A stretch of DNA of 63,356 bases, the filler included, from Aduncisulcus paluster (Eukaryota): the NCBI GenBank assembly GCA_024181965.1. It is 4 parts of 4 records of this genome, joined end to end, with 100 filler letters (N's around TTAATTAATTAA, not from the genome) between each part and the next. Parts side by side here need not be neighbours in the genome. Positions count along the whole stretch, not along the records: positions 1 to 13,063 come from BQXS01012642.1; 3 more parts are not named here. One strand, written 5' to 3'. Position numbers and translations under genes: made by a program. The stretch's first letter is position 1; the number at the start of each line of letters is the position of its first letter. The notes under the pieces are model-generated. The model was given only the letters and a program-made list of their open reading frames with translations, had not been told where the DNA came from and ran no database searches. Of this stretch, positions 1-10,364 are shown piece after piece.

Positions 1-2
1 CC

Positions 3-470
3 CAAGATCCCACGCTGCCCCCGTGTGCTTGTTGTGCCAGATGTGCCACCTTCGAGCGTGAAAAGGCCAAGATCCTCGACTCTATTGCACGACTACGAGA
101 TGACATGGAGCGTGAAGAGAAGGAACGTGAGGAAATGGAGAGGAAGAAAGAACAAGAACAAGCGGTGAGGAATGGAGTATCTGGACATGACTCCGTTGAC
201 TTTGTCAACCCTGTCCAATATAACAATGCCCATCCCTTCGATTCATCCTCAGACAGCCATGGCATCCATTTCTCCTCGTTGTCCATCTCTGATCCATCTG
301 CATCCCACCTTACCCTGATGTTTATTATCGTCTGTTCCATCGTGTTTGCCATCGTGTATGCTATCGTGGACACTCTTGTTCTCCCTTATCTCTTGGACGA
401 CTTTATGTCCGACTCTGAGCTCCTGGGAATGTCCTCGCTGCCCATGTGTTTTGACAACAACCACATATAA
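3..470 (+). CDS. 3' end of a hypothetical coiled-coil protein with a C-terminal transmembrane helix (5' truncated by window edge)
   Basis: Frame is open from base 3 (QDPTLPPCACCARC...) through an E/K-rich stretch and a hydrophobic helix (LMFIIVCSIVFAIVYAIV) to TAA at 468-470. Confidence 0.6.
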   Translation, partial: QDPTLPPCACCARCATFEREKAKILDSIARLRDDMEREEKEREEMERKKEQEQAVRNGVSGHDSVDFVNPVQYNNAHPFDSSSDSHGIHFSSLSISDPSASHLTLMFIIVCSIVFAIVYAIVDTLVLPYLLDDFMSDSELLGMSSLPMCFDNNHI

Positions 471-646
471 CTTATATGATATAAGAACCAGATGTAGAAC
501 ACATGCAACAACCATCATCTTTATTGGAATCTGTGAGACATGACAAGACACAATATATCACACAATGTCACACACACACACACACATGCCACAGGATTCA
601 ATCATTGGCCATTATTATTGGAAAGATCGAGGTTCTCACGAAATCA

Positions 647-1930
647 TCACACAAGTTCATCGGTTGTGATCCCAAATCCCTCAATGTGATCCACAGAACC
701 CCCGATGGAAGAACGTGCGGCAGAAGGCTTCAAATAGGGCTCAAGCTGATCAATCACGTCAGGGAGGTCCTCGTATGGCCGTTTCACGTTGTTTTGAGCA
801 CTCTTTCGGATAATCGTCAGAGAGACAGAAGAGTCAACTCGAGAATCGTTGTCATTGTGCACAGGCACATATGCACATCCGTTGGCATGTCTAAATTGAG
901 TGGTGAGCAGAGAGAAAAGATATAACCCAAGGGAACAGATCNNNNNNNNNNNNNNNNNNNNTCACACAAGTTCATCGGTTGTGATCCCAAATCCCTCAAT
1001 GTGATCCACAGAACCCCCGATGGAAGAACGTGCGGCAGAAGGCTTCAAATAGGGCTCAAGCTGATCAATCACGTCAGGGAGGTCCTCGTATGGCCGTTTC
1101 ACGTTGTTTTGAGCACTCTTTCGGATAATCGTCAGAGAGACAGAAGAGTCAACTCGAGAATCGTTGTCATTGTGCACAGGCACATATGCACATCCGTTGG
1201 CATGTCTAAATTGAGTGGTGAGCAGAGAGAAAAGATATAACCCAAGGGAACAGATCGCTAAAGGTGCAAATAATAAGGCTGAAAATAGTTTTCCAACAAA
1301 ACCTGTGATTGCGGTGAGTAAAATTGCTGGTAATAAACCGACACAAAAGATTAAACCTGCTATCATAACAGCGCATCCCATTCGTAAAATATTCCATTCA
1401 GTTCTTGCATATTTCACACAAGTACGAACGATTTTTTTAAGTGATTGATGCTGGTTTTCAAAAAATATTAAGAATGCGGGAACACTGACAGCAAGAGCGA
1501 AAAATGCACCAACTCCTAACGCAACAGATCCCAAAATAATGGCTAAATGAACAATATTTCCAATTATTATTGTTTCGAGATATGTGGTTCTGAAAATATG
1601 AACGCAATCGGGCCAAAGTGAATTACACTCCCCTTTCATCTTCAAATCATTTATATTAATTAGAAGAGATGAGAAAACCACAGGATTTACGAAAATTAGA
1701 TAGGCTATGAGAAGAGATATAGGAATTGCCGATATTGGAATCGCAAACAGCAAATTAAGAATTCCGAATGGCAAATAAAATTGTAACATAAGTCTACACA
1801 ATTGGAAAAAGTTTTTGGATACCCATTTGAACGTTTCTCTCATGGGAGGTATGATCTCCACTCTATGAAAGACTTTGGCATTATTACCAGACATGTTAGG
1901 ATGTGTTATCAAATAATAAGTCCATGTCAT
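647..1930 (-). CDS. Multi-pass membrane protein, family not identified
   Basis: 322-aa ORF 962-1930 with several hydrophobic helices. Its 3' end is duplicated across the 20-N gap (647-941 = 962-1256). Confidence 0.7.
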
Positions 1931-2713
1931 TCAATTTTATCTTCGTAGCAAGATCGGTAAAAATCCATTCGTACTTTCAGGATATTTACGGTTTCAATCA
2001 TATTTTAATGGGGGAAAATAATAAATAATCACTTATATATTGAAAAAAACGGATGTAAAATATTTGTATGGTTATCAAAAACACATCAAACGAGAAAAGA
2101 AGAGCCCCCGAGGCTGAAGAGTCTTCTGTTATCGGATAATATAAAACAAAAACATTTATTTAGGAAATATCTAATGAAATAGAAAGTAATAACAACTATT
2201 ATCATAACAAAAAACTATAATATATCCACATTTTATCAGTTAAAAAGGAGAAAATATTTTCGACTTGAAAACAACCCCAAGATAAAACAAAAAATACATC
2301 GTACCGCAAATGTCTAACATACAACAGAGAGTGACTCACTGAAAGTTAATCAGTGACTCACTGGAACCACAAAAAATAAATACAACGCTCAATAAAGAGA
2401 TTATAGTATGATTCTTCTCAGGCAACCAAATACTTGTGTGCCAAAATAATAATGCATTGTCTATACAATGCCGAAAAACGAACAATATAACCCATTTTGA
2501 AAGAAGAATGTGTGGCTTTTGGACTCAGCTCACTGGCTATATATATATCAAGAGCTTGGAATAAGAAACAACACTTCAAATCATTTAATTATATATCTTT
2601 GAAAAAAGAATTTGTATTTGCGATAAAAATATACCATTTTTGACAATTGATGGTAAAAAGCCTGAATCGAACAAAGTTGGCGAAGAAACAGTCACAATTA
2701 AAGTGATTAACAC

Positions 2714-5700
2714 TTACTCAACGGTATATTCATCGTAAGTGTATTCAATTGGCCCATCATAATCGTACTCAAGACTATCCACACGAACAGAAGGAGTGTG
2801 AGATGGAGTTTGCGTTGTCACATCGTCATCAAATGACACGTCTTCGAGTGCACTACGAACGAAAGGTCTCCGATAGCCAGTGCCACAAGAACGAGGAGCA
2901 CTTGGAGGATGAGGGAGAGGAGAATCATATGAATCGATAAGTTGAGGAATACTATTCTTACTCGATTTGCCTCGATTTGAGGAGATTCCATGATGAGACG
3001 AGGGTGAACGTTTATAAGAACCTCGGTATGGAGGTGAAGAATGACGACCGCGGGGCTTGCGATCAGTTCTTTTTGACCCTGAATATTTAGAAACAACTCC
3101 ATATTTTCGATGTGGAGAATCATCCCCCATGTAAGTGTCAGAATCTTCTTCATCTTCATATTCCTTCTTTTGTGTAGTATTTCTTGATGCAGGCTCATGT
3201 TCTTGCTCAGGACTATAATCCTCTTCTCTTTCCACTGATGCTCTTCTTTCCTCTCTCTTCTCCTCTTCCTTGCCATCAAGAGAGTGGGAATAGCTATGAT
3301 TCGAGAGCTCTTTCTCTTCGTCTGAATGATGATCATATCTCTCTCTTTCTCTCTCTCCTCCTCTCTTTCGTTCAGGTCCTTTATCTCTCTTCCTATTGTC
3401 TTTTCTTGAATATCTATAGTCTCTCTCTCTCCTCTCTCTCTCTCTCCTCTCTCTCTCTTTTCTCTCCTTCTCTTTTCTCTCCTTCTCTTTTCTTCCTTTG
3501 CCTTTTCCCCTTCCGCGGTACTCTCGGAGGTCCTCCTCTTCCTCTTCTCTCCTCTTCTTCACTTCCGTCCACATTTGATCTCTTTCTCTCTTCCTCTGGG
3601 CCATTTCACGTCTCCTCTCTTCTTCCATCTGTTGTTTCTTCAGGCTAACAGTGTCTCGAATCTCCAGCTTTCTTCGATTCTCAATGGATTTCAATGATTT
3701 GGGGGATGAACCATCCATATATCTAATCCGTGAAGGACTATCCTCCCATTCGCTATAGTCATCATCACTGTAACGCTGGAAATAGGAACCTGATGACGGA
3801 TTGGGATGGCCAGAATTGTTGGATGTTTTATATTTAGAAGACTGAGAAACTCCTCCTCCTCCTCCAGTCCCGGGATAATCAGGATTTCCATCCATCGTTG
3901 TACTCCTCTTGAAGAACGGTGGGCGTTGATATCCTCTCTCTAACGATTCCTCTTCTGCACGTGCTAATTCAACCTCATATCGCTCCTTTTCTTCCTCTGA
4001 CGCCTCTCTTCTCCTTCTTTCTTCCTGTTTCCTCCTTCTCTCCTCTTCTTTCTTCCCACGTTCTTCTTCTCTTTTCCTGAGTTCTTCTTGTTTCTTCTGT
4101 TCTTCCTCTTCTTCTAGCCTTTTCTTCTCTTCCTCTCTTCGCTTTCTCTCTTCTTCCCTCTTACGCTGTTTTTCTTCTTCTTTTCTCTTCTTTTCTTCTT
4201 CTTTTTGTCTCTTCCGCTCTTCTTTTTCTTCTTTTTTCCTTTTTTTCTCCTCTTCTTTCCGTTTTTTCTCCTCTTCTTTCTTTTTCAGATCTTCTTCTTT
4301 TTTCTTCTTTCTCTCTTCTTCTTTCTTCTTTTTCTCCTCTTCTTTCTTCTTTCTTTCTTCTTCTTCTTTTCGTTTCCTTTCTTCCTCTTCTTCCTTTCTC
4401 TTTTTCTCTTCTTCCACCCTATTTTTCTCCTCTTCTTCAGCGATCCTCAACAATTCTTCTTTTCTCTTTCTCTCTTCTTCTTTTCTCTGCTCCTCTTCTT
4501 TCGCTTTTTGCTCCTCTGCTTCTTTTCTCTTCCTCTCTTCTTCTTTCTTCAGATGTTCTTCAGCAAGTTGAGTCAATTTTAAGGCTTCTTGTTCGGCAAC
4601 TAATTTTTCCCTTTCCATCAAAGCCTTTTCACGGGCGGATTTTTCTTGCTCAAATCTTCTTTCTTCGCTCTCTTTCTCTTCTCTTCGCCTCGATTTCTCC
4701 AGTTCGATTGTCTTCCTTCGCTCTTGTTCCTGCTCTTCCATATCCTTCCATTCCATTTCAGAAACTGTTGCTCTAATTTTAGAACTGAGTAACAATGACT
4801 CATTAGAAGTCCGAATAGAGTTAAGAGGAGGAGGATGGGGGACACTTACATGATCACCACCAGACGAAACAATGACCGGCTGTGAGACCGGCTGTGAGAC
4901 CACCGGTTGGGATGAGGCAAGAGGGGGAATGGCAGTACCACGGGGTGTTCTTGGGGTACGAGGGACAAGAGATACACGAGATGACGAGGAATGTGACACT
5001 TGCCTCGACGAGATATGCTTGTTTGAGGAAGGGCGAGGAGGAGGGAGGGGAAATATGGGAGATTGCGCAGATGATCGAAACTGTTCGGGATTATTATTAT
5101 CAAGTTCATTGCTAATGGTCTGACGAATCGAAGAAGAAAACTGTCGAAGGATCTGCGGCGATGGCTGTCTAGCAGACGAAGAGGCTGTGACAGGATTCGA
5201 CGAATATTGTGTAGCATGCCGTTCTTCGTGATGAGGCGTTGGAGGGATCTCCCGTGGAGATTGCTGAGGAGTATAGCTCATAAAAGAACGAGGGGTAAAT
5301 GAATAGCTCTGGGGACGAATGGCCGAAGGAAATCGTCCCGCGTCATCAATTTCTTCCATAATCATGGCATCTCGGGGGGCTTTCTGTTTTTTTATCGAGG
5401 CTACCGCAGAAGAAGACAAACTTCGTAATCTTCTCGCTTGATCATCATGCTTGGCACTATCTCTATATACAGCTGCTTGAGATTTCTGAGATCTATATTT
5501 TGCACTTGATTGAACATAATTTCCACTAATTTCACGATCTCGAGCTAAAACATTTGGAGTAACTCCCACTCCATAAATATCTCTTAAAGGAGTCCTAACA
5601 GGGGCAGACTTCCTCTTATCTAAATGTTGAGATAATTTAGGTAACATTGGAGTCGACGATGTAGATTTATATGATGAAGATGATGTAGATTTTGGCGTTG

Positions 5701-5794
5701 AAGGAACAGCATCGAGAAATAGGTCAAGAGAATCTAATGACTGTTCTAAAAATGAATAAAGAGATGATGGGTGCGATATTTTTTTCCTATTCAT
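2714..5794 (-). CDS. Large low-complexity protein with a long ER/K charged-helix region and Ser/Arg-rich termini
   Basis: Uninterrupted ORF of about 1026 aa from the first in-frame ATG (5794). The central EEEKKRK-type run is roughly 270 aa. Confidence 0.75.
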   Translation of the reverse strand: MNRKKISHPSSLYSFLEQSLDSLDLFLDAVPSTPKSTSSSSYKSTSSTPMLPKLSQHLDKRKSAPVRTPLRDIYGVGVTPNVLARDREISGNYVQSSAKYRSQKSQAAVYRDSAKHDDQARRLRSLSSSAVASIKKQKAPRDAMIMEEIDDAGRFPSAIRPQSYSFTPRSFMSYTPQQSPREIPPTPHHEERHATQYSSNPVTASSSARQPSPQILRQFSSSIRQTISNELDNNNPEQFRSSAQSPIFPLPPPRPSSNKHISSRQVSHSSSSRVSLVPRTPRTPRGTAIPPLASSQPVVSQPVSQPVIVSSGGDHVSVPHPPPLNSIRTSNESLLLSSKIRATVSEMEWKDMEEQEQERRKTIELEKSRRREEKESEERRFEQEKSAREKALMEREKLVAEQEALKLTQLAEEHLKKEEERKRKEAEEQKAKEEEQRKEEERKRKEELLRIAEEEEKNRVEEEKKRKEEEEERKRKEEEERKKKEEEKKKKEEERKKKKEEDLKKKEEEKKRKEEEKKRKKEEKEERKRQKEEEKKRKEEEKQRKREEERKRREEEKKRLEEEEEQKKQEELRKREEERGKKEEERRRKQEERRRREASEEEKERYEVELARAEEESLERGYQRPPFFKRSTTMDGNPDYPGTGGGGGVSQSSKYKTSNNSGHPNPSSGSYFQRYSDDDYSEWEDSPSRIRYMDGSSPKSLKSIENRRKLEIRDTVSLKKQQMEEERRREMAQRKRERDQMWTEVKKRREEEEEDLREYRGRGKGKGRKEKERKEKERKERERRERERRERDYRYSRKDNRKRDKGPERKRGGERERERYDHHSDEEKELSNHSYSHSLDGKEEEKREERRASVEREEDYSPEQEHEPASRNTTQKKEYEDEEDSDTYMGDDSPHRKYGVVSKYSGSKRTDRKPRGRHSSPPYRGSYKRSPSSHHGISSNRGKSSKNSIPQLIDSYDSPLPHPPSAPRSCGTGYRRPFVRSALEDVSFDDDVTTQTPSHTPSVRVDSLEYDYDGPIEYTYDEYTVE

Positions 5795-6070
5795 CCATGA
5801 AATTATTGCCGAAAATGTAGTAGTGGTCAAAATGAGAATTTATGATAAAATCCAAATATATTGTGCCCAACTTTGCTTTAAAGTGAACAAAAATCACATA
5901 ATTATTTATTTTACATGAATAAAATATTTGATTTTTGAATGATGCCTTCCAGAAAGTTGAAACAAAGAAAACAAGGGTAATAGAATTAAACTCAATGAAA
6001 ATTTACTGAAAATTCATGAACAACCTAAGAAACAATAAAAGATAACAAGTTAGACGATGAAAGTTTCGAT

Positions 6071-7015
6071 TTAGGGGGTGATGCGAGTACCAACGGAAGG
6101 ATCGGACACGGCTTCATAGGCCTTATCAAGAGAAGTGATGATAGCGTCCCTACCAGTAGCTTTAACGAAACGAATGGCAGCGGTAACCTTGGGGAGCATG
6201 GAACCCTTGGCAAATTGCTCATCAGCAATGTGCTTCTCCATCTCGGCAACGGAAACCTTACCGAGAGCCTTTTGGTCGGGCTTTCCGTAGTTGATACAAG
6301 CGTTAGAAACGTCAGTAAGAATGATTAAGTGATCAGAACCTAATTGAGTAGCCAAAAGAGAGGTGGAGTTATCCTTGTCGATAACGGCATCAACTCCCTT
6401 AACCTCACCTTCCTTGGTGCGGATAACGGGGATACCACCTCCTCCAGTGGAAACAACACAGAATTTATGATCAACGAGGGCTTTGATAGCAGGAGCCTCC
6501 ACGATTTCAACTGGTTGGGGGGAGGGAACAACAACTCTCCATCCACGGCCAGCATCTTCACGAACATCCTTTCCTTCAGCCTTAAGCTCCATGGCCTCCT
6601 TTTCAGAGTAGAATTTACCAATAGGCTTAGTGGGGTTCTTGAAGGCAGGGTCATCAAGAGAAACTACGGTCTGAGTAACAATACAAGCGACAGGAATCTT
6701 GATTCCTTTCTTGGCAAATACATTTCCGAGCTCTTGTTCCATCATGAAACCGATTAAACCCTGGGATTCAGCTCCGCAGACGAAAAGGGGCATTTCAGGA
6801 ACTTTATCTGTGCCTTGGTTCTGAAGAAGAATGGCACCAACCTGGGGACCGTTTCCGTGAGCAAGAGTAACATCATGACCAGCCTCAACAAGGCGAGAAA
6901 TAGACTCAGCAGCTTTACGAACATTAGCGGTCTGAACAGCATGAGTTCCTTTGTCTCCACGTTGGAGAATAGCATTTCCACCAAGGGCAATTGTTAATTT
7001 AAGAGAAGAAGGCAT
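6071..7015 (-). CDS. arcC: Carbamate kinase (arginine dihydrolase pathway)
   Basis: Motifs ALGGNA, HGNGPQVG, NPTKPIG, EDAGRGWRVVVPSP, GGGGIPV, AVIDKD and GSMLPKV; 314 aa. Confidence 0.97.
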   Translation of the reverse strand: MPSSLKLTIALGGNAILQRGDKGTHAVQTANVRKAAESISRLVEAGHDVTLAHGNGPQVGAILLQNQGTDKVPEMPLFVCGAESQGLIGFMMEQELGNVFAKKGIKIPVACIVTQTVVSLDDPAFKNPTKPIGKFYSEKEAMELKAEGKDVREDAGRGWRVVVPSPQPVEIVEAPAIKALVDHKFCVVSTGGGGIPVIRTKEGEVKGVDAVIDKDNSTSLLATQLGSDHLIILTDVSNACINYGKPDQKALGKVSVAEMEKHIADEQFAKGSMLPKVTAAIRFVKATGRDAIITSLDKAYEAVSDPSVGTRITP

Positions 7016-7428
7016 TTGATGTTTCGTGGGGCAAGAAAAAGAAACATCAGGTCAAAAAAATTCTGATGATTGGTTGATCATGGATTAAGTGTTGAAATTT
7101 CGCATTTAATGATGATTATCCCATTGTTATTTTAATATTCTGTTGTTGTTCATTCCAGTAAAGTTCTTCAAATCTTCTGAAAGATCCATATAACGGATTT
7201 ATCTCTGAGAGATAATCTCTCCCTGGCAATAGGAAAAGCGTTGTGCAATATATAAAGTTAATACCACTTTTATTTGGTACTATGAAAGTGAATTTTTTCA
7301 AATTACTTTATTTGTATTGACAATTCGTGCATGGCTGAGTTTTTGGTATTTTTGACTCCATTAGTGATTCTTATTTCATATATTAAGCCTAAATCTCTTT
7401 AAAACTATTTTTTTAATTCCGTTTGAAA

Positions 7429-8766
7429 ATGAAAGTAGCTTTTATTCGACCATACATGCCCATTGGAGGTTCAGAAAAACTTGTCCTCGATACATGTCTG
7501 GCGTTGCAGAAAAAAGGTCACTCATGCACAATTTTTTGTACTGAATATGATCCCAAAAAAGCGTTTGATGAATTAAAATCGAACCAAGTTCAAGTTCGTC
7601 GAAAATTTATCTGGTTCCCTCACTCCTTTTTTGGCAGATTTGTCGGTCTTTTTTCAGCCTTTCGAGTGTGTCTTGTTGCTATATATATTCTTTTTTTTCA
7701 GTGGTTCAAATATGATGCATATTTCGTTGATTTGTGTTCAGCTTGTGTTCCAATATTACGTCTCACACGAAAACCTGTTTTATTCTATTGTCATTTCCCA
7801 GATAAATTACTTCGTGATACAGGTCGTGGAAAGAGTCTCCATAAAAAGCGAGGAGGTTTTATTGATCGTGGGTACCGTTTAATCATGGATAAAATAGAGT
7901 ATTTTGGGATGAAAACGGCATCCTGTATTGTAGCAAATTCACAATATACAAAAGGAGTTATCCATAAAACCTTTCCTTCATTACCTTTGTCAAAAATTAG
8001 TGTTATTTATCCTCCAGTCAATATGCCTCCTAAACCGACAGAAATATTACACCATATTCCAAAAGAACCTGATAGTTTCATTGATTATGAGCATAAAAAG
8101 GATCTTTGGGAGACATCTTCCTTCATTCTTTCTTCCATTAATCGAATTGTCCCTGAAAAACGACATGATGTGTCAATCCATGCTTTACGATACGTCAAAG
8201 ACCATTCTCATGATATTTATTCATCTTCAGTCCTTATCATTGGTGGTGGCTGTAAACCTGATAATATTGAAGAATTCCACCGTCTCCAGGGTCTCGCCAA
8301 GACTCTAGACGTTGATTCTCATGTTATTTTTGCACCAAACTTCTCTGATTCCGATAAGTCTGCTATATTTTCTCGAACAACATGTGGATTATATCCCCCC
8401 AGATATGAACACTTCGGGATTGTCCCAATTGAGTTCATGAGCCAAGAGATATGCGTTGTATGCGATGCTACTGGAGGTCCCTGTGAGAGTGTTGGCGCAG
8501 ATAAACGTGGGGGACTTCTTGTATCGACAGTTGTTGGTGAATCAGTTGCCGTGAGTGGTCAGAAGTTTGGCAGAGCCGTTCTCAGTGTTCTTGAGATGAA
8601 GGACAGCGAAAGAGAGCATATGGGGATCGAAGGAAAGAAAAGGGTTGATGAACATTTTGGAATGGACCTTTATGGTTCGAATATATTGCTCCTTTTGGAA
8701 CAAAAAATGTCCCACGTCGAGGTTGATCTAAGAAAAGATTATGATGCAGTAGACTCTACTGAGTAG
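7429..8766 (+). CDS. ALG2: Alpha-1,3/1,6-mannosyltransferase ALG2 (GT4)
   Basis: KVAFIRPYMPIGGSEKLV, LFYCHFPDKLL, SINR, EHFGIVPIE and GGPCESV match the ALG2 pattern; first ATG at 7429. Confidence 0.92.
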   Translation: MKVAFIRPYMPIGGSEKLVLDTCLALQKKGHSCTIFCTEYDPKKAFDELKSNQVQVRRKFIWFPHSFFGRFVGLFSAFRVCLVAIYILFFQWFKYDAYFVDLCSACVPILRLTRKPVLFYCHFPDKLLRDTGRGKSLHKKRGGFIDRGYRLIMDKIEYFGMKTASCIVANSQYTKGVIHKTFPSLPLSKISVIYPPVNMPPKPTEILHHIPKEPDSFIDYEHKKDLWETSSFILSSINRIVPEKRHDVSIHALRYVKDHSHDIYSSSVLIIGGGCKPDNIEEFHRLQGLAKTLDVDSHVIFAPNFSDSDKSAIFSRTTCGLYPPRYEHFGIVPIEFMSQEICVVCDATGGPCESVGADKRGGLLVSTVVGESVAVSGQKFGRAVLSVLEMKDSEREHMGIEGKKRVDEHFGMDLYGSNILLLLEQKMSHVEVDLRKDYDAVDSTE

Positions 8767-8782
8767 AGTGATATTAAATATC

Positions 8783-8965
8783 AAGAAAAGTGAAACAAAT
8801 AATAAATTTTGTCAGAAAAAAATGGTATAAGAAAAATAAATTAATAAATTGAGGAGAAAATATGACCATGGGAAGAAAAGTGAAACAAATAATAAATTTT
8901 GTCAGAAAAAAATGGTATAAGAAAAATAAATTAATAAATTGAGGAGAAAATATGACCATGGGAAG
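8783..8965. repeat. Exact 90-bp tandem duplication
   Basis: 8783-8872 is repeated at 8873-8962 (plus AAG), between the convergent ALG2 and RRM genes. Confidence 0.9.
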
Positions 8966-9058
8966 TAGAATACTCAAAATGATCAAAAAGTATTAAATAC
9001 AGGAATATCTCCCATAATTTAGGATTTTCAAATGAAGAAACGTGGTAAATATAGGAGA

Positions 9059-10025
9059 TTACAAAAAGAAATGGCCAATGCGAGGCACATCAGACACAAC
9101 AGCAGGAGTTATTGATGTGGAATCATCTACTTCCTTGCTATCAAAAGAACCCAAAGATGAAGAGCGAGACAGGGATGGTGGCTGGAGATGCAACAAACCA
9201 GACGCATAATCTACCGTTTGACAAGACTGGGTGCCATATATCTCAATGGATGGGGTCACAGTAGAGGTGCTGGCATCATCAGAATGTTCACGTGAAGGGA
9301 GAGAAGGAGGAGCCTCATGCTCTATCGATATTTGCCGGGGAGGCATCATGGTAGGTTGGTACGACATCGTCTGAGAGGGATAAATGCAATGTCTTTGAGA
9401 AAACGAACCCCAGGATTGTCCAGGGGGATGGAATTGATCTCCACGATGATAATCTTCCTGGATCATCGCGTGAAGCCTTTTGGCTACAAATATACGGCTT
9501 TCAGGCGATAAATATTGGAGTTGAACAATGATATCAGAAGGAGAATAGACGACAGGTCTGGGAACATCTGGATATGTTCGGTATGAGGAGAAAGAGGACG
9601 AAATAGAGGACGAGGGTGGAGGTTCTCGGAAGGATTGCTGATCTTTTGGAAGATAAATGAGAGACGGAGGTGAATTAGGGGAGGAAATCACCTTGAATTT
9701 CAATTTGGTCGAATCTTGGAGAGAAACCCTTGCTTTATCAGCACCTAAATGTTTTCCATTTGCAATTGGATATCCTTTAAGCCTTGAAATGGCATCAAAT
9801 TCACAAACTTCACTCGAGAAATCCACAAAACCGAATTTCTGTCCAGACGAAAAACTTATACGTTCAACCTTAAATGCAGCACAAGGTAATTAATAATAGA
9901 AATTAATTATGAAGGAAATATAAATAAAAAAAAGATAAATTACATACTTTACCAATACAAAGAAGAACAGACAACATCTCTTCATACGAAAATGAAAGAG
10001 GGATGTTATAGATAAATACGGTCAT
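9059..10025 (-). CDS. RRM RNA-binding protein, 2 exons (10025-9948, 9868-9059)
   Basis: Removing the GTATGT...AAG intron 9947-9869 joins RNP2 (VFIYNIP) to RNP1 (KFGFVDF) in frame; S/P-rich tail follows. Confidence 0.85.
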
Positions 10026-10139
10026 AATATTTAATGAAATATAACGAACGAGCTGAAAAATAATAAAAAGAATAGTGGGCAAAAAACCTTCATGAAAGCT
10101 ATTTGATGATAATTCTAAAAATAATTTCTCTCGGTGAGG

Positions 10140-10188
10140 ATTCTCCCTCATCATCGTCGTGGTGTCTAACATTCTCCCTCATCATGAG
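10140..10188 (-). other. Non-coding element with a 15-bp direct repeat (ATGATGAGGGAGAAT x2), homologous to 52068-52119
   Basis: Repeat copies at 10140-10154 and 10171-10185 flank TAGACACCACGAC on the minus strand. Confidence 0.55.
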
Positions 10189-10364
10189 GTATGCCGGGCA
10201 TATAAATCTTTAAAAACAATGATAATAGTTTATTGAAAGGACGAAAATTTGAAATATTATATTATTTATGAATTTGAGGTGTTAACTTGGGTTTAAGATG
10301 AGAAAATGACGAAAATGTCGATCTCAAATAAAAAGAAGAAAAGTTATGAAGGATATATTGAATT

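Noticed and set aside
569..586. (CA)9 microsatellite
   Set aside because: Ordinary simple repeat.
3184..5123. Phe/Leu/Ser-rich plus-strand ORFs
   Set aside because: They are antisense shadows of the E/K/R-rich gene; most other short overlapping ORFs in the track are similar shadows.
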